Of a DNA stretch of 64,000 nucleotides, positions 26,937-37,416 are shown one piece after another. Made by a program: the position numbers and the translations under genes. The notes below the pieces were generated by a model. The model saw only the letters and a list, made by a program, of their open reading frames with translations. It was not told where the DNA came from and searched no databases. This stretch comes from Myxococcota bacterium (GTDB lineage Bacteria; Myxococcota_A; UBA796; SXON01): NCBI GenBank assembly GCA_040386535.1, contig JAZKFH010000022.1:19316-83315 (forward strand), written 5' to 3'. Within the stretch, counting starts at the first letter, position 1; every line of letters begins with the position of its first letter.

Positions 26937-29720
26937 GTGACGCCCCCCCTCACCCTCTCCCCCGCCCAATCCCGCGTCATCACCCACCGCGGCACCGACC
27001 TCCAGGTCATAGCGTGCGCCGGCTCGGGCAAGACCGAGGCGATGGCTCGCCGCGTGGCCGCGCTCCTCTCCGAGGGCGCTCCGCCCGCTTCCATCGTGGC
27101 GTTCACCTTCACCGACCGCGCCGCCGCCGAGTTGAGGGACCGCATCGTGCGCCGCGTCACCGAGGCCGAAGGCCCCGCGTTCCGGGACCGCCTCGGCCCG
27201 ATGTACGTCGGCACCATCCACGCCTATTGCTTCCAGCTCCTCCAGGAGCACGTTCCCCGCTACGGCAACTACGACATCCTCGACGAGAACCGCCACGCCG
27301 GCTTCCTGTCCCGGGAGTTCCGCGCCATCGGCCTCGACAAGCTCTCGGCGCGCCGCTGGCAGCCGATCCGCGACTTCGCTAGGGCCGTCGACGTGATGGG
27401 GAACGAGGGGATTCGGGCCGAGGCGCTCGGTGACACCCCGCTCGGCAAATGCTACCGCGCCTGGCGGGAGCGGCTCGATCGCTTCCACTTCCTCACCTTC
27501 TCGCTCCTCATCTCCGCCGCCATCGAGGCCCTCGAAGACCCGACGGTGGCCGCCCGCGTCCGCGCGCCCCTGCGGCACCTCCTGGTCGACGAGTACCAGG
27601 ACATCAACCCCGCCCAGGAGCGCCTCATCGCGCTCCTCGCGCCCCCCACCGGAGGGGGTCAGGTGCAGCTTTGCGTGGTGGGTGACGACGACCAGTCGAT
27701 CTACCAATGGCGCGGCTCCGACGTGCGCAATATCGTGGAGTTCACCCGGGTCCGGTCTGGCTCCCACACCGAGACGCTCGCGACGAACCGCCGCTCCCGC
27801 CCCGCCATCGTGGCCGCGGCCGCCGAGTTCGCCGCCTCGATCCCAGGCCGCCTGGACAAGGACATGGACGCCGCACGCCCTCCGTCCGAGGCCGAGATCA
27901 CCGGGTGGACGGCTGAGACCGAACAAGACGAGGCCGAGCACCTCGCTGCCACCGTCGAGCGGCTGCACGCACAGGGGGTCCGGTATCGCGACATCGCGGT
28001 GCTGTTCCGCTCGGTGCGCACCTCCGCGCCGCCGCTGCTCCAGGTGCTCGACCGGCTAGGCATCCCCTACACCTGCGGAGGCCGCACGGGGCTGTTCCTC
28101 GTGCCCGAGATCGCGCTCTTCGCCGAGACGTTTGCCTGGTTCGTCGACGGCGACTGGCAGGACGCCCGCTTCACCGAGTGGCGCCCCGCCAGCCTCGACA
28201 ACGTCGTCTCCGGGCTCTCCCGCATCTTTCCGCTGGCCTCTGCGCCGGGTGGGACCGAGCTCCCCGGCCTCCGCAAGTACCTGGAGGACTGGAAAGCGTT
28301 CCAGCTCCGGGGCATCCGGCCCGTGTCGCTGGTGGGCGACTACTACGCGCTCCTCACGCGGCTCGGCGCCCACCTCGCCGACGCCGACACCCCTGCGGGC
28401 GCCGCCCGGCTCGGCGCCCTCGCCCGCTTCTCCGAGGTGCTCGGGGACTTCGAGCACGTCCACCGCCGTGGCCACCTCGCCCTGCCCGCGGAGGGTGAGG
28501 GCAAGCGCGTCTTCGTGGGCGGGCGGGACCGCGGCAAGCCCTACTTCCAGTCGCTCTACAGCTACCTCGTCTACTGGGCGCGCGACGCCTACGAGGAGTT
28601 CGCGGGGGAAGTCCACCCCGACCTCGACGCGGTCGACATCCTCACCGTGCACCAGGCGAAGGGCCTGGAGTGGCCCATCGTGTTCCTCCCCGCGTTGGTC
28701 AAGGGCCGCTTCCCCTCGGGGCGCGCCGGCCAGCCGCAGGACTGGCTCCTGCCGCCCGACGTGTTCCCGCCGGGCGTGCGCGCCCGCTACGAAGGCAGCG
28801 ATGCAGAGGAGCGCCGCCTCTTCTACGTGGCGCTCACCCGCGCTCGGGACGCCGTGTACCTCTCCTGCTTCCAGAAGCGCGCACGCCGCTTCGAGCCGTC
28901 GGCCTACCTGCGGGAGGTGGTGGGCGGACCGCTGCTCACTGGCGATCTCCCGCTCCCCCCGCCCCCCGATGCCGCCCCCGCGGGTGACGCTCCGCCCCTC
29001 CAGGTCTCCTTCTCGGACCTCGCGCGGGTGGCCGAGTGTGGCCACGCGTGGCGTCTCGGCGCCACCTTCGGGTTCCAGGCCGAGCTCTCCCCCGAGCTCG
29101 GGTATGGCAAGGCCGTCCATCATGTGCTCCGGCAGGTGGCCGAACGCGCGCGCGCCGAAGGTGCGGTGCCCGACAAAGAGGCTCTCACCCGCCTGCTCGA
29201 CGCCGAGATGTACGTGCCCTTCGCCTCCGCGGCGGCCTTCACGACGATGCGCGGCGCCGCCGCCCGCGTCGTGGCCCTGTACGTGGCCCACTACGGGGAC
29301 GACCTGCGTCATGTATGGGCCGCAGAACGCCCGTTCACCCTGCACGTCGCGGGTGGCGTCATCGCTGGGCGCGCCGACATCGTCCTGGGTGCCGATGGTC
29401 ATCACCAGGGGCTCGACGTCGTCGACTACAAGGTCGCGAGCGATCCGCGCCGCGAGGCGCTCTACCGCCTCCAGCTCGCCGTGTACGCCGCCTCCGGGCG
29501 CGCCGAGGGGCTCGATGTCCGCGGGGCCTACCTGCACGAGCTTCGCGATGGGCTACGGCACCCGGTCGACGTCAGCCCGGCCGTGACGGACGCGGCCGTG
29601 GGCGAAGTCGCCCAGCTCGTGGGCCGGGTACGCAAAGGGGACCTGCCGCCCGTCCCCACCGTGGATCGGTGCGGGGCGTGTGACTTCCGGAAGGTGTGCA
29701 GCTTCGCGGCCGCCCGCTGA
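26937..29720 (+). CDS. UvrD/PcrA-like SF1 helicase fused to PD-(D/E)xK (AddB/Cas4-like) nuclease, 927 aa
   Basis: ACAGSGKT, VDEYQD, VGDDDQSIY, TVHQAKGLEW and ERRLFYVALTRA, then GRADIV...VVDYK and CGACDFRKVC. Confidence 0.92.
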   Translation: MTPPLTLSPAQSRVITHRGTDLQVIACAGSGKTEAMARRVAALLSEGAPPASIVAFTFTDRAAAELRDRIVRRVTEAEGPAFRDRLGPMYVGTIHAYCFQLLQEHVPRYGNYDILDENRHAGFLSREFRAIGLDKLSARRWQPIRDFARAVDVMGNEGIRAEALGDTPLGKCYRAWRERLDRFHFLTFSLLISAAIEALEDPTVAARVRAPLRHLLVDEYQDINPAQERLIALLAPPTGGGQVQLCVVGDDDQSIYQWRGSDVRNIVEFTRVRSGSHTETLATNRRSRPAIVAAAAEFAASIPGRLDKDMDAARPPSEAEITGWTAETEQDEAEHLAATVERLHAQGVRYRDIAVLFRSVRTSAPPLLQVLDRLGIPYTCGGRTGLFLVPEIALFAETFAWFVDGDWQDARFTEWRPASLDNVVSGLSRIFPLASAPGGTELPGLRKYLEDWKAFQLRGIRPVSLVGDYYALLTRLGAHLADADTPAGAARLGALARFSEVLGDFEHVHRRGHLALPAEGEGKRVFVGGRDRGKPYFQSLYSYLVYWARDAYEEFAGEVHPDLDAVDILTVHQAKGLEWPIVFLPALVKGRFPSGRAGQPQDWLLPPDVFPPGVRARYEGSDAEERRLFYVALTRARDAVYLSCFQKRARRFEPSAYLREVVGGPLLTGDLPLPPPPDAAPAGDAPPLQVSFSDLARVAECGHAWRLGATFGFQAELSPELGYGKAVHHVLRQVAERARAEGAVPDKEALTRLLDAEMYVPFASAAAFTTMRGAAARVVALYVAHYGDDLRHVWAAERPFTLHVAGGVIAGRADIVLGADGHHQGLDVVDYKVASDPRREALYRLQLAVYAASGRAEGLDVRGAYLHELRDGLRHPVDVSPAVTDAAVGEVAQLVGRVRKGDLPPVPTVDRCGACDFRKVCSFAAAR

Positions 29721-29724
29721 AGCG

Positions 29725-30741
29725 CTACCCCCGCGGGTTGTACATGATGTTGAACTCACTGTCGGCGAGCCCCGCGCGCAGCAGGAATTCGGCGGACACC
29801 CGACATGCCAGGTGCGCGCTCATGTTCGTCTCTACGAACCAACCGTCCCGCACGAGCCGCGGACGGCGCAGCGCACCGGGCCGGCGCGAGGCGTATGGAA
29901 ATCGCTGATGCTCCAGCACCTGCTCGGGCAAGCTTTTCCGGCGCCTCAGGTGCTCGTCGGCGGCGAACATCACCACATCGGCCCAAGTGGTCATGGACCT
30001 GCGCCTTCCCTGAACCTCGACGTAGGCTGGAGAGGTGTGCGTCTCGTCCGCCCGGATGTACTTGTATGAGCGGACGCGGGCGGCCTCTCGGGCGGGCGCC
30101 GCATGCCCTGGATCGCTCCGCGGACCTGCAGGCGTCACCGGAGGCTTCTCCGGAAGTTTCCAGTTCGGCGAAGCCGCGGACGGGTGCAGGGGGTCCGCGA
30201 GCCTGGGTGGGATGCGCGCCAGCGAGGAAGCAGGTCCCCGAGAGGGCCGCGTTGCCGAGATCGGGTCGGTGGCCCCTCCCACCTCGGCCGCGGGGCCGAG
30301 CGTGAGGAGGCGCTGCGGGGCGGCGAGCGACGCACCGAACAGGGGAATTGCGCGGCGCCCGTCGGCGACCCGAAAGACCCGCCACTCGTCGCCATCCGTG
30401 AACGCCAGTAGTTCGGGGCCGGGGCCCGCCGTGCGCGCGAAGGAGGCGGCGTAGGCGAGGGTCGTGCGCCCGTCGAAGTCGGCGCAGACGACGATCGCAA
30501 GGTGCGGCTTGCCGGCCCGTATACACAGCAGCGAGATCGGGGGCAGGCGCGGATCGGACGGAACCTCCCGCCGCACGCTCTGGTCCGAGGTCGTGTCAAA
30601 GCCGATCCAGCGCACGATGGGCTCGACGAGAAGGCGCGAAAAGTTCGCCGTCGACACCCCGCTCGCCCGGAGCGAACGGAGGCGACGCCTGCACGCGTCG
30701 AGCTCCGAGGCCACGGGAGGCTTGTCGGGGGCCGTGTTCAT
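29725..30741 (-). CDS. HsdR N-terminal-like (probably inactive) domain, linker and small C-terminal DNA-binding-like domain, ~338 aa
   Basis: LLVEPIVRWIGFD...VRREV...FTDGDEWRVF resembles HSDR_N but lacks D...ExK. A Pro-rich linker precedes the C-terminal GWFVETNMSA. Confidence 0.55.
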   Translation of the reverse strand: MNTAPDKPPVASELDACRRRLRSLRASGVSTANFSRLLVEPIVRWIGFDTTSDQSVRREVPSDPRLPPISLLCIRAGKPHLAIVVCADFDGRTTLAYAASFARTAGPGPELLAFTDGDEWRVFRVADGRRAIPLFGASLAAPQRLLTLGPAAEVGGATDPISATRPSRGPASSLARIPPRLADPLHPSAASPNWKLPEKPPVTPAGPRSDPGHAAPAREAARVRSYKYIRADETHTSPAYVEVQGRRRSMTTWADVVMFAADEHLRRRKSLPEQVLEHQRFPYASRRPGALRRPRLVRDGWFVETNMSAHLACRVSAEFLLRAGLADSEFNIMYNPRG

Positions 30742-30863
30742 CCATCGACGGTAGCACGGCGAGGGCTCTCGTTGGCCCGTAGATCGTCCGGACGCATCTT
30801 TGATGAGCCGAGCCCCGTCCCTCAACCCGTGTCTGCTATGCTCCCGCCCCCCGAGGACGACGC

Positions 30864-33833
30864 ATGGCCCGCACCCCCAAGACCGACGCCGTTGAGACCG
30901 CCGACTTCGTCCACAAGGGCACGACGCGGAAGAACAATCCGCCCGCGCGCATCGCGTCCGAGGGGCGCGTTCCCCGGGTGCCCAAGGCCACCTACCGCTA
31001 CAACCCGCACCTCCCGCCGGTGCTGCGCTTCGACTCCACCGGTAAGGCCGATGAGCTCGACGTGCTCGTCGACAAGGCGGGCAAGGGCGCTCTCACCGCC
31101 GAGGAGCAGCGCCGGCTCCGCGAGGCCCTCTCGGTGCACCAGCCCTGGCTCGAGTGGGCGAACAAGCAGGAGCAGCACGACCGCGGCGGCTTCACGGTCG
31201 ACCCGGTGGTGCTCCACATCCACGAGCGGCTCTCCACCCGCGCGATTATCGGCGCGGCCATGCGCGAGGACGCTCAGCGCAAGCTGTTCGCGGACCCGGA
31301 GCAGAAGTACGCGGACGCGGTGAAGTTCTACAAGCACGACGTCGACTGGGCCAACCGCATCATCCTCGGGGATGCGTTGCAGGTCATGTCGTCCCTGGCG
31401 CAGCGCGAGCGGCTGGCGGGGAAGGTGCAGATGATCTACATCGACCCGCCGTATGGGATCAAGTTTGGGAGTAACTTCCAGGGGACGGTTTCAGACAAGC
31501 AGGTCAAGGATACGTCCGACAACTTGAGTCGCGAAGCTGAAGTGGTCAAAGCCTATCGTGACACCTGGACTTTAGGCGCACACACCTACCTGCGCTACCT
31601 GACTGATCGCCTCCTTGTCTGCAAGGAAATGCTCACGGAGTCGGGCAGCATCTTCCTGCAGATCAGTGATGAGAACCTCCACCGCGTGCGCCTGCTCTTG
31701 GATCAGGTCTTCGGCCCGCGCAATTTCGTGGCGCAGATCCTATTTCGGAAGACAGGTGGCTTGAAGAGCAAGGGACTTGCGTCGGTCGGTGACTACCTGC
31801 TTTGGTACGCGAAGGATGCCAGCAAGGTCCGCTGCAAGAGTGTATACAAGGAAAAACGACCGGGTACGCCGGGGGCCACCCAGTTCAAGTATCTGATGCC
31901 TTGGCAGGGGGTTTTGAAGGAACTCAGCTCGCAAGAGCTTCTGGCCGCAAGTACGGATGAGGTGTTGAGTCATGACAACCTCACGTCGCAAGGAAATGCC
32001 GAGTATCGCATCCAATTCGAGGGTACCGAGTTCAAGGGGACCTATAAGCCTTCGCCCGTCAACTTGCGTCGGCTGATCGAAGCAGGCCGTGTGATGGCAA
32101 TGGGGAGGACGCTGCGGTACCTTCGTTTCCTTCGTGACTACAAGTACTTCGAAATCAATGAGCTCTGGGATGACGTCTCCATCAGCGGCTTCGGCGATGA
32201 AAAGCTTTATGTGGTGCAAACCCTCCCAGAGGTTGTCCAACGCTGCATGTTGATGACCACCGATCCTGGCGACCTCGTCCTCGATCCGACGTGCGGATCA
32301 GGCACCACCGCGTATGTCGCCGAGCAGTGGGGCCGCCGCTGGATCACCATCGACACGAGTCGCGTTGCTGTCTCCATTGCACGCCAACGCGTCCTCACCG
32401 CTCGCTTCGAGCACTTCAGAACTAAGGGCCACACACCTGAATCGGGCTTCGTCTACAAGACCGTGGCACACGTGAAGCTGGGAAGCATCGCCCAGAACAC
32501 CAACCTCGACCCTATCTTCGCCCGCCACCAGCCCCTCCTCGACGCCGCCCTCACCCGCGCAAACACGTCGCTGAAGAACGTCGCCCCAGGCCTCCGCCGA
32601 ATCCTCGCCGACAAGCTCGCCGACAAGACCGCGAAGGAAGGCAAGCGCGCCGTCACCGACGCCGACACTCGCCGCTGGATGCTCCCGAAGGACGCCTTCG
32701 AACACTGGACCGTCCCGTTCGACACCGATCCCGACTGGCCCGAGTCCCTCCAGAACGCCGTGACCGGCTACCGCGGCGCGTGGCGCGCCAGGATGGACGA
32801 GGTAAACGCGTGCATCGAGCGTAACGCCGACCAGGAAGAGCTCGTCGACCAGCCCGAGGTGGTCAAGGGCGTCGTCCGCGTCTCCGGCCCCTTCACCGTC
32901 GAGGGTGTGCGTCCCGAGGAGCTCTCGCTCGGCGAGGACGGCCTTTTCGACGCCACCCCCAACGAGGAGGAGCCCGAAGACAGCGTGCTCCTCGCCGCCG
33001 AGCGGCCCCCGGCTCCCTACGGCGACGAGGCACGTGACCTCGGCAACCTGCACGCCTACCTCGCCCAGATGGTCGACCATCTGCGCCGGGACGGCGTCAC
33101 CTTCCCCAACAACAAGCATCGGGCATTCGCGCGGGTCGATCCGTTCAACCAGTCCGGCTCGCTGGTGCACGCCGAGGGCGCGTGGGAGGGCACCGATGCG
33201 GACCAGCCGAGCACCGTAGCCATCGGGTTCGGCCCCCAGTGCGGCCCGGTCACCGCGCGTCAGGTCGAGGAGCTCATCCGCGCCAGCCGCCGCTACGACG
33301 ACCTGGTCATCGCCGGCTTCAGCTTCGAGGCGGATGCCTCGGCCTACATTAAGGAGAACCCGCACCCGAAGCTGCGCATCCACCAGGCCCACATCCGCCC
33401 CGACATCAACCCGGGCATGGACGGGTTGCTCAAGAACACCCCCAACAGCCAGCTGTTCACCGTGTTCGGCACCCCGGAGATCAAGCTCTCCCGGGATGGG
33501 GACGAGTGGGTGTGCGAGCTCGAGGGCGTCGATATCTACGACCCGGTCAACAACGTGGTCCGCTCCACGAAGGCCGAGAAGGTGGCAGCGTGGTTCCTCG
33601 ACAGTGACTTCGACGGGCGCTGCTTCTGTGTCACCCAGGCCTTCTTCCCCGATCAGGACGCGTGGGAGAAGATCGCCAAGGCCCTGAAGGGCTCGGCCGA
33701 CCCGGAGGCGTTCGCTGCCTTCTCCGGCACGACGTCGGTGCCCTTCAAGGCCGGCCGCCACAAGCGTGTCGCCGTGAAGGTGGTCGATCCGCGCGGCAAC
33801 GAGGTCATGGCCATCCGCGCGTTGGGGCGCTGA
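30864..33833 (+). CDS. mod: Type III R-M DNA methyltransferase (beta class), 989 aa
   Basis: IYIDPPYG precedes VLDPTCGSGTT; adjacent to Res. Confidence 0.93.
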   Translation: MARTPKTDAVETADFVHKGTTRKNNPPARIASEGRVPRVPKATYRYNPHLPPVLRFDSTGKADELDVLVDKAGKGALTAEEQRRLREALSVHQPWLEWANKQEQHDRGGFTVDPVVLHIHERLSTRAIIGAAMREDAQRKLFADPEQKYADAVKFYKHDVDWANRIILGDALQVMSSLAQRERLAGKVQMIYIDPPYGIKFGSNFQGTVSDKQVKDTSDNLSREAEVVKAYRDTWTLGAHTYLRYLTDRLLVCKEMLTESGSIFLQISDENLHRVRLLLDQVFGPRNFVAQILFRKTGGLKSKGLASVGDYLLWYAKDASKVRCKSVYKEKRPGTPGATQFKYLMPWQGVLKELSSQELLAASTDEVLSHDNLTSQGNAEYRIQFEGTEFKGTYKPSPVNLRRLIEAGRVMAMGRTLRYLRFLRDYKYFEINELWDDVSISGFGDEKLYVVQTLPEVVQRCMLMTTDPGDLVLDPTCGSGTTAYVAEQWGRRWITIDTSRVAVSIARQRVLTARFEHFRTKGHTPESGFVYKTVAHVKLGSIAQNTNLDPIFARHQPLLDAALTRANTSLKNVAPGLRRILADKLADKTAKEGKRAVTDADTRRWMLPKDAFEHWTVPFDTDPDWPESLQNAVTGYRGAWRARMDEVNACIERNADQEELVDQPEVVKGVVRVSGPFTVEGVRPEELSLGEDGLFDATPNEEEPEDSVLLAAERPPAPYGDEARDLGNLHAYLAQMVDHLRRDGVTFPNNKHRAFARVDPFNQSGSLVHAEGAWEGTDADQPSTVAIGFGPQCGPVTARQVEELIRASRRYDDLVIAGFSFEADASAYIKENPHPKLRIHQAHIRPDINPGMDGLLKNTPNSQLFTVFGTPEIKLSRDGDEWVCELEGVDIYDPVNNVVRSTKAEKVAAWFLDSDFDGRCFCVTQAFFPDQDAWEKIAKALKGSADPEAFAAFSGTTSVPFKAGRHKRVAVKVVDPRGNEVMAIRALGR

Positions 33834-33834
33834 C

Positions 33835-36800
33835 ATGGCACGCCCTCCCCGTTCCGCGAATCCGAGCGCCAACCCCGGGCCTGCCGACGACTGGGTCCCC
33901 ACCCAGCCGGTTGCCAACCCGATCCTCAATCGCCCCTACGACGAGCCGACGCGCCACTGGCTCTACGAGAAGGGCATCCCGCGCGAGGTGCCAACCCGCC
34001 GGCCCGCCAGCTATTACTACATCACCAAGAAGATCGGGACCCGTCAGGAAGGCCTGTGGGCCGAGGAGCGGGCGGACCGGCTCGAGCTCGTCAATCGGCT
34101 CCGCGCGGACGTCGGGCGGTGGCGGGCGGCCAACTACAAGGGAGCCTCGAACACGACCAAGGCGCTGTTCGCCTACTGGTTCCATCCCGATCGGCCCCGC
34201 CGGCTGTTCTTCTGTCAACGCGAGGCGGTGGAGACCCTCATCTACCTGCTGGAGCTCGGCATCCCCGGCCACCTCGGGCGCTCGGGGTTCCGCAAGTTCG
34301 ACCTCGACGCCGAGGCCATCGCTGCGCTCCTCGTGGGAGGCAAGCCGGCCTTCGTCGCTGCCGACGCCGAGCACTGGCCGCGCTTGGTGGATCCCGCAGT
34401 GGAGCTCCCCATCGCGCTCCGTCGGCTCGGCTGCCGCATGGCGACCGGCTCCGGGAAGACGCTGGTCATGGCCATGCTCATCACCTGGGCGTTCTGCAAC
34501 CGTGGTGTGAACGGCGCCTCGACCCAGTACCCCAACGCGGTGCTGGTGTGCGCGCCCAACCTGACCGTGCGCACCCGCCTCCAAGTGCTCCGCCCCGGCG
34601 AGCCCGGCAACTACTACGACCTGTTCGACCTGGTGCCGCGCGCCTTCGCGGACCTGTTGGGGATGGGGAAGGTGCTCGTCACCAACTGGCACGCCTTCGC
34701 GCCCAAGAGCGAGCACCGCGAGGGAGACACCACCTTCCCGGTCGTGCAGAAGGGCGAGGAGACGCCCGAGGCGTTCACCCGTGACCGCCTCGCGGAGCTG
34801 GCCCACCGCCTGCCCATCCTCGTGCTCAACGACGAGGGGCACCACTGCTGGCGGCCCAAGCCCGACGCCACGCTGGACCTGAAGGACCTCTCGCCCGACG
34901 AGAAGGCAGCCGCGACGGAGGATGCCGAAGAGGCGCGGGTGTGGCTCGCCGGCCTGGACCGCATCAACAACAGCGGCCTTGCAGGAAAGGGCCTCCCCGG
35001 CATCCTCGCCACCATCGACCTCTCCGCGACACCCTTCTACCTTGGCAACAGCGGGTACCCCGAGGGCAGCCCCTTCCCGTGGCTGGTATCGGATTTCGGC
35101 TTGGTCGACGCCATCGAGAGCGGCATCGTCAAGGTGCCCCGCATGCCCGTTGGCGACAGCGAGCGGAACAAGGACGACGCTGGACGACCCGACCCGAAGT
35201 TCTTCCGCCTGTGGAAACACGTCATCGACAAGATGACGCCGAGCGACAAGGTGGGGAAGCGTTGGAAGCCGGAGTCCCTGTACGGTGCGGCGGAGTCCGC
35301 CTTGGCTACCCTGGCCTCGCAGTGGAAGATCCTCTACGAGGAGATGCGCCTCCGCGCCGGCGGCGCCGAGTTCCTTCCGCCGGTCCTCATCGTGGTGTGT
35401 GACAACACCGAGCTGTCCAAGCTCGTCTTCGAGATGATCAGCGGCGAGCGCGTGAAGTCCGTGCCCGACGAGGAAGGAGTCATCAAGGCGACCACCGTGT
35501 TCGAAGGAAGCAAGTTGTTCCCCGAGCTCGCGAACAGCGAGGGTACGCGCCACACCATCCGCATCGACTCGAAGCTGCTCGGCAAGCTCGAGGGCGCCGA
35601 CGGCCAGACCCGCGACGAGGCGGCGCTCGCGCTGCGCACGCTCATCGACACCGTCGGCAAGCGCGGGCTCCCAGGCGAGCAGGTGCGGTGCGTCGTGTCG
35701 GTCTCGATGCTCACCGAGGGGTGGGACGCCAACAACGTCACCCACATCCTCGGCATCCGCGCGTTCGGCACCCAGCTGTTGTGTGAGCAGGTGGTCGGCC
35801 GCGGCCTGCGTCGCATGAACTACGAGGTGAACCCCGAGGGGTTCATGGAGCCAGAGTACGCCGACATCTACGGCATCCCCTTCTCGCTCATCCCGTTCCA
35901 GAAGACCCCGGAAGGAAAGGGGGAGAACACCCCCGAGTACCACCGCGTCTACACAGTCCCCGGGCGCGAGAAGCTGCGCCTCACGATGCCCATCGTGGAG
36001 AGCTACACGTACGATCTGCGCAGCAGCGGCATCGAGTGTGACGTCGACACCCTGGAGGGGATGATCGTCAACGTGGAGCCCACCGAGGTGTTCCTGTCGA
36101 TCACGCGCGGCTACGAGGAGGAGGGCGCCCGGGTCGACTCGGGCGACTTCATCCGTCAGACCCGCGCCGAGTTCTACGAGCAGACGCGGTTCCAGCAGGT
36201 GATTTTCCGGATCGCGCAGCAGATCACGGATGACCTCGTGATGGGTGTGCGGGAGGGGGTTCCCACCCAGCTCGTCAAGGAGACGCTGCTCGCGCGCCAT
36301 CAGGTGTTTCCGGACGTGGTGCGGATCCTCGGAGCGTACGTCGAGAAGCGGGTCACGTTCGGCCCGGGAGTGGACCGGCGCGAGCTGGCACTGGAGCGTT
36401 ATGCCCGGCTCGTCCGAGAGCGGGTCCGCGCGGGGATCTACCCCGCCGCGGGTAGCAAGGAAGCGCCGCTGCTCCCCGTAGTCAACACCTTCCAGGAGAC
36501 CACGAGCACCGACGGTGTGGACGAACAGACCACGCGGCCCACCGTCCCGCTCGTCAAGAGCGAGCTCAACGCTGCCGTCGTGCTGAGCGAAGGCAAGGGG
36601 GGCGACATCGGGGAGGTGCGCGCCATCGAGGTTCTCGAAGACCTCGATCGTGTCGAGGCCTTCGCGCCGAACACCCGGAAGATCGGCTTCCAGATCCCGT
36701 GGGAGTACCTCGGCCACCCGCGCCGCTACGAGCCCGACTTCCTCGTGCGCATGCGCGGGGGCACCATCGTGGTGTTGGAGATCAAAGGCGGCAAGGGCGA

Positions 36801-37416
36801 GCTTCACGGCGAAGACGAGGTGCTCGCCAAGAACGCCGCCGCGCGCAAGTGGGTGGCGGCGGTCAACAACGCCAAGAGGTACGGCACCTGGGCGTTCGAG
36901 ATCTGCCGCGAGCTTCCCAAGCTGCGCGAGCAGCTCATCCAACACTCGGCGGAGCTGCCCGGCTATCTCCCCTACCGTCGCGTCGAGCCCGATGCCGCCG
37001 AGCGCTACCGAAGCTGCGTGCCGATGTTGGGCCTCCTCGGCGCTGTGCGTCGCTGGCAGAAGCCGGCGCTGATGGACCTTGGCGATCCCAACGTCGAGTG
37101 GGTCACCTGGAACGGCGCGCCCGCCTTCGCCGACGGCATGTTCGTCGCACCCGTGGCGGGCAAGTACGCGCTCTTCCAGCCCTCCGCGGAGGAGCCCGCC
37201 GAGGGCGGCTCCTACCTCCTCTACAACGCCGGCATCGCCGATCCCGATACCGACGCACCCTTCACGGTGCGGACCTTCACGGTCGAGCCGCCCACGCCGG
37301 AGCGCTCCCAGGCGCGGATCGTGCTCAAGGGCCTGCGGGAAGGTGACGTGCCGATCGTCATTCCGGGGTCGGGGGTGGTGAAGGTGGTGGCTTCGTTTGC
37401 GGGCTGGGTGCGTTGA
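33835..37416 (+). CDS. res: Type III R-M restriction subunit with degenerate S24-like C-terminal domain, 1193 aa
   Basis: MATGSGKT, NDEGHH, LSATP, LTEGWD and QVVGRGLR; nuclease motif YEPDF...LEIKG. Confidence 0.92.
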   Translation: MARPPRSANPSANPGPADDWVPTQPVANPILNRPYDEPTRHWLYEKGIPREVPTRRPASYYYITKKIGTRQEGLWAEERADRLELVNRLRADVGRWRAANYKGASNTTKALFAYWFHPDRPRRLFFCQREAVETLIYLLELGIPGHLGRSGFRKFDLDAEAIAALLVGGKPAFVAADAEHWPRLVDPAVELPIALRRLGCRMATGSGKTLVMAMLITWAFCNRGVNGASTQYPNAVLVCAPNLTVRTRLQVLRPGEPGNYYDLFDLVPRAFADLLGMGKVLVTNWHAFAPKSEHREGDTTFPVVQKGEETPEAFTRDRLAELAHRLPILVLNDEGHHCWRPKPDATLDLKDLSPDEKAAATEDAEEARVWLAGLDRINNSGLAGKGLPGILATIDLSATPFYLGNSGYPEGSPFPWLVSDFGLVDAIESGIVKVPRMPVGDSERNKDDAGRPDPKFFRLWKHVIDKMTPSDKVGKRWKPESLYGAAESALATLASQWKILYEEMRLRAGGAEFLPPVLIVVCDNTELSKLVFEMISGERVKSVPDEEGVIKATTVFEGSKLFPELANSEGTRHTIRIDSKLLGKLEGADGQTRDEAALALRTLIDTVGKRGLPGEQVRCVVSVSMLTEGWDANNVTHILGIRAFGTQLLCEQVVGRGLRRMNYEVNPEGFMEPEYADIYGIPFSLIPFQKTPEGKGENTPEYHRVYTVPGREKLRLTMPIVESYTYDLRSSGIECDVDTLEGMIVNVEPTEVFLSITRGYEEEGARVDSGDFIRQTRAEFYEQTRFQQVIFRIAQQITDDLVMGVREGVPTQLVKETLLARHQVFPDVVRILGAYVEKRVTFGPGVDRRELALERYARLVRERVRAGIYPAAGSKEAPLLPVVNTFQETTSTDGVDEQTTRPTVPLVKSELNAAVVLSEGKGGDIGEVRAIEVLEDLDRVEAFAPNTRKIGFQIPWEYLGHPRRYEPDFLVRMRGGTIVVLEIKGGKGELHGEDEVLAKNAAARKWVAAVNNAKRYGTWAFEICRELPKLREQLIQHSAELPGYLPYRRVEPDAAERYRSCVPMLGLLGAVRRWQKPALMDLGDPNVEWVTWNGAPAFADGMFVAPVAGKYALFQPSAEEPAEGGSYLLYNAGIADPDTDAPFTVRTFTVEPPTPERSQARIVLKGLREGDVPIVIPGSGVVKVVASFAGWVR

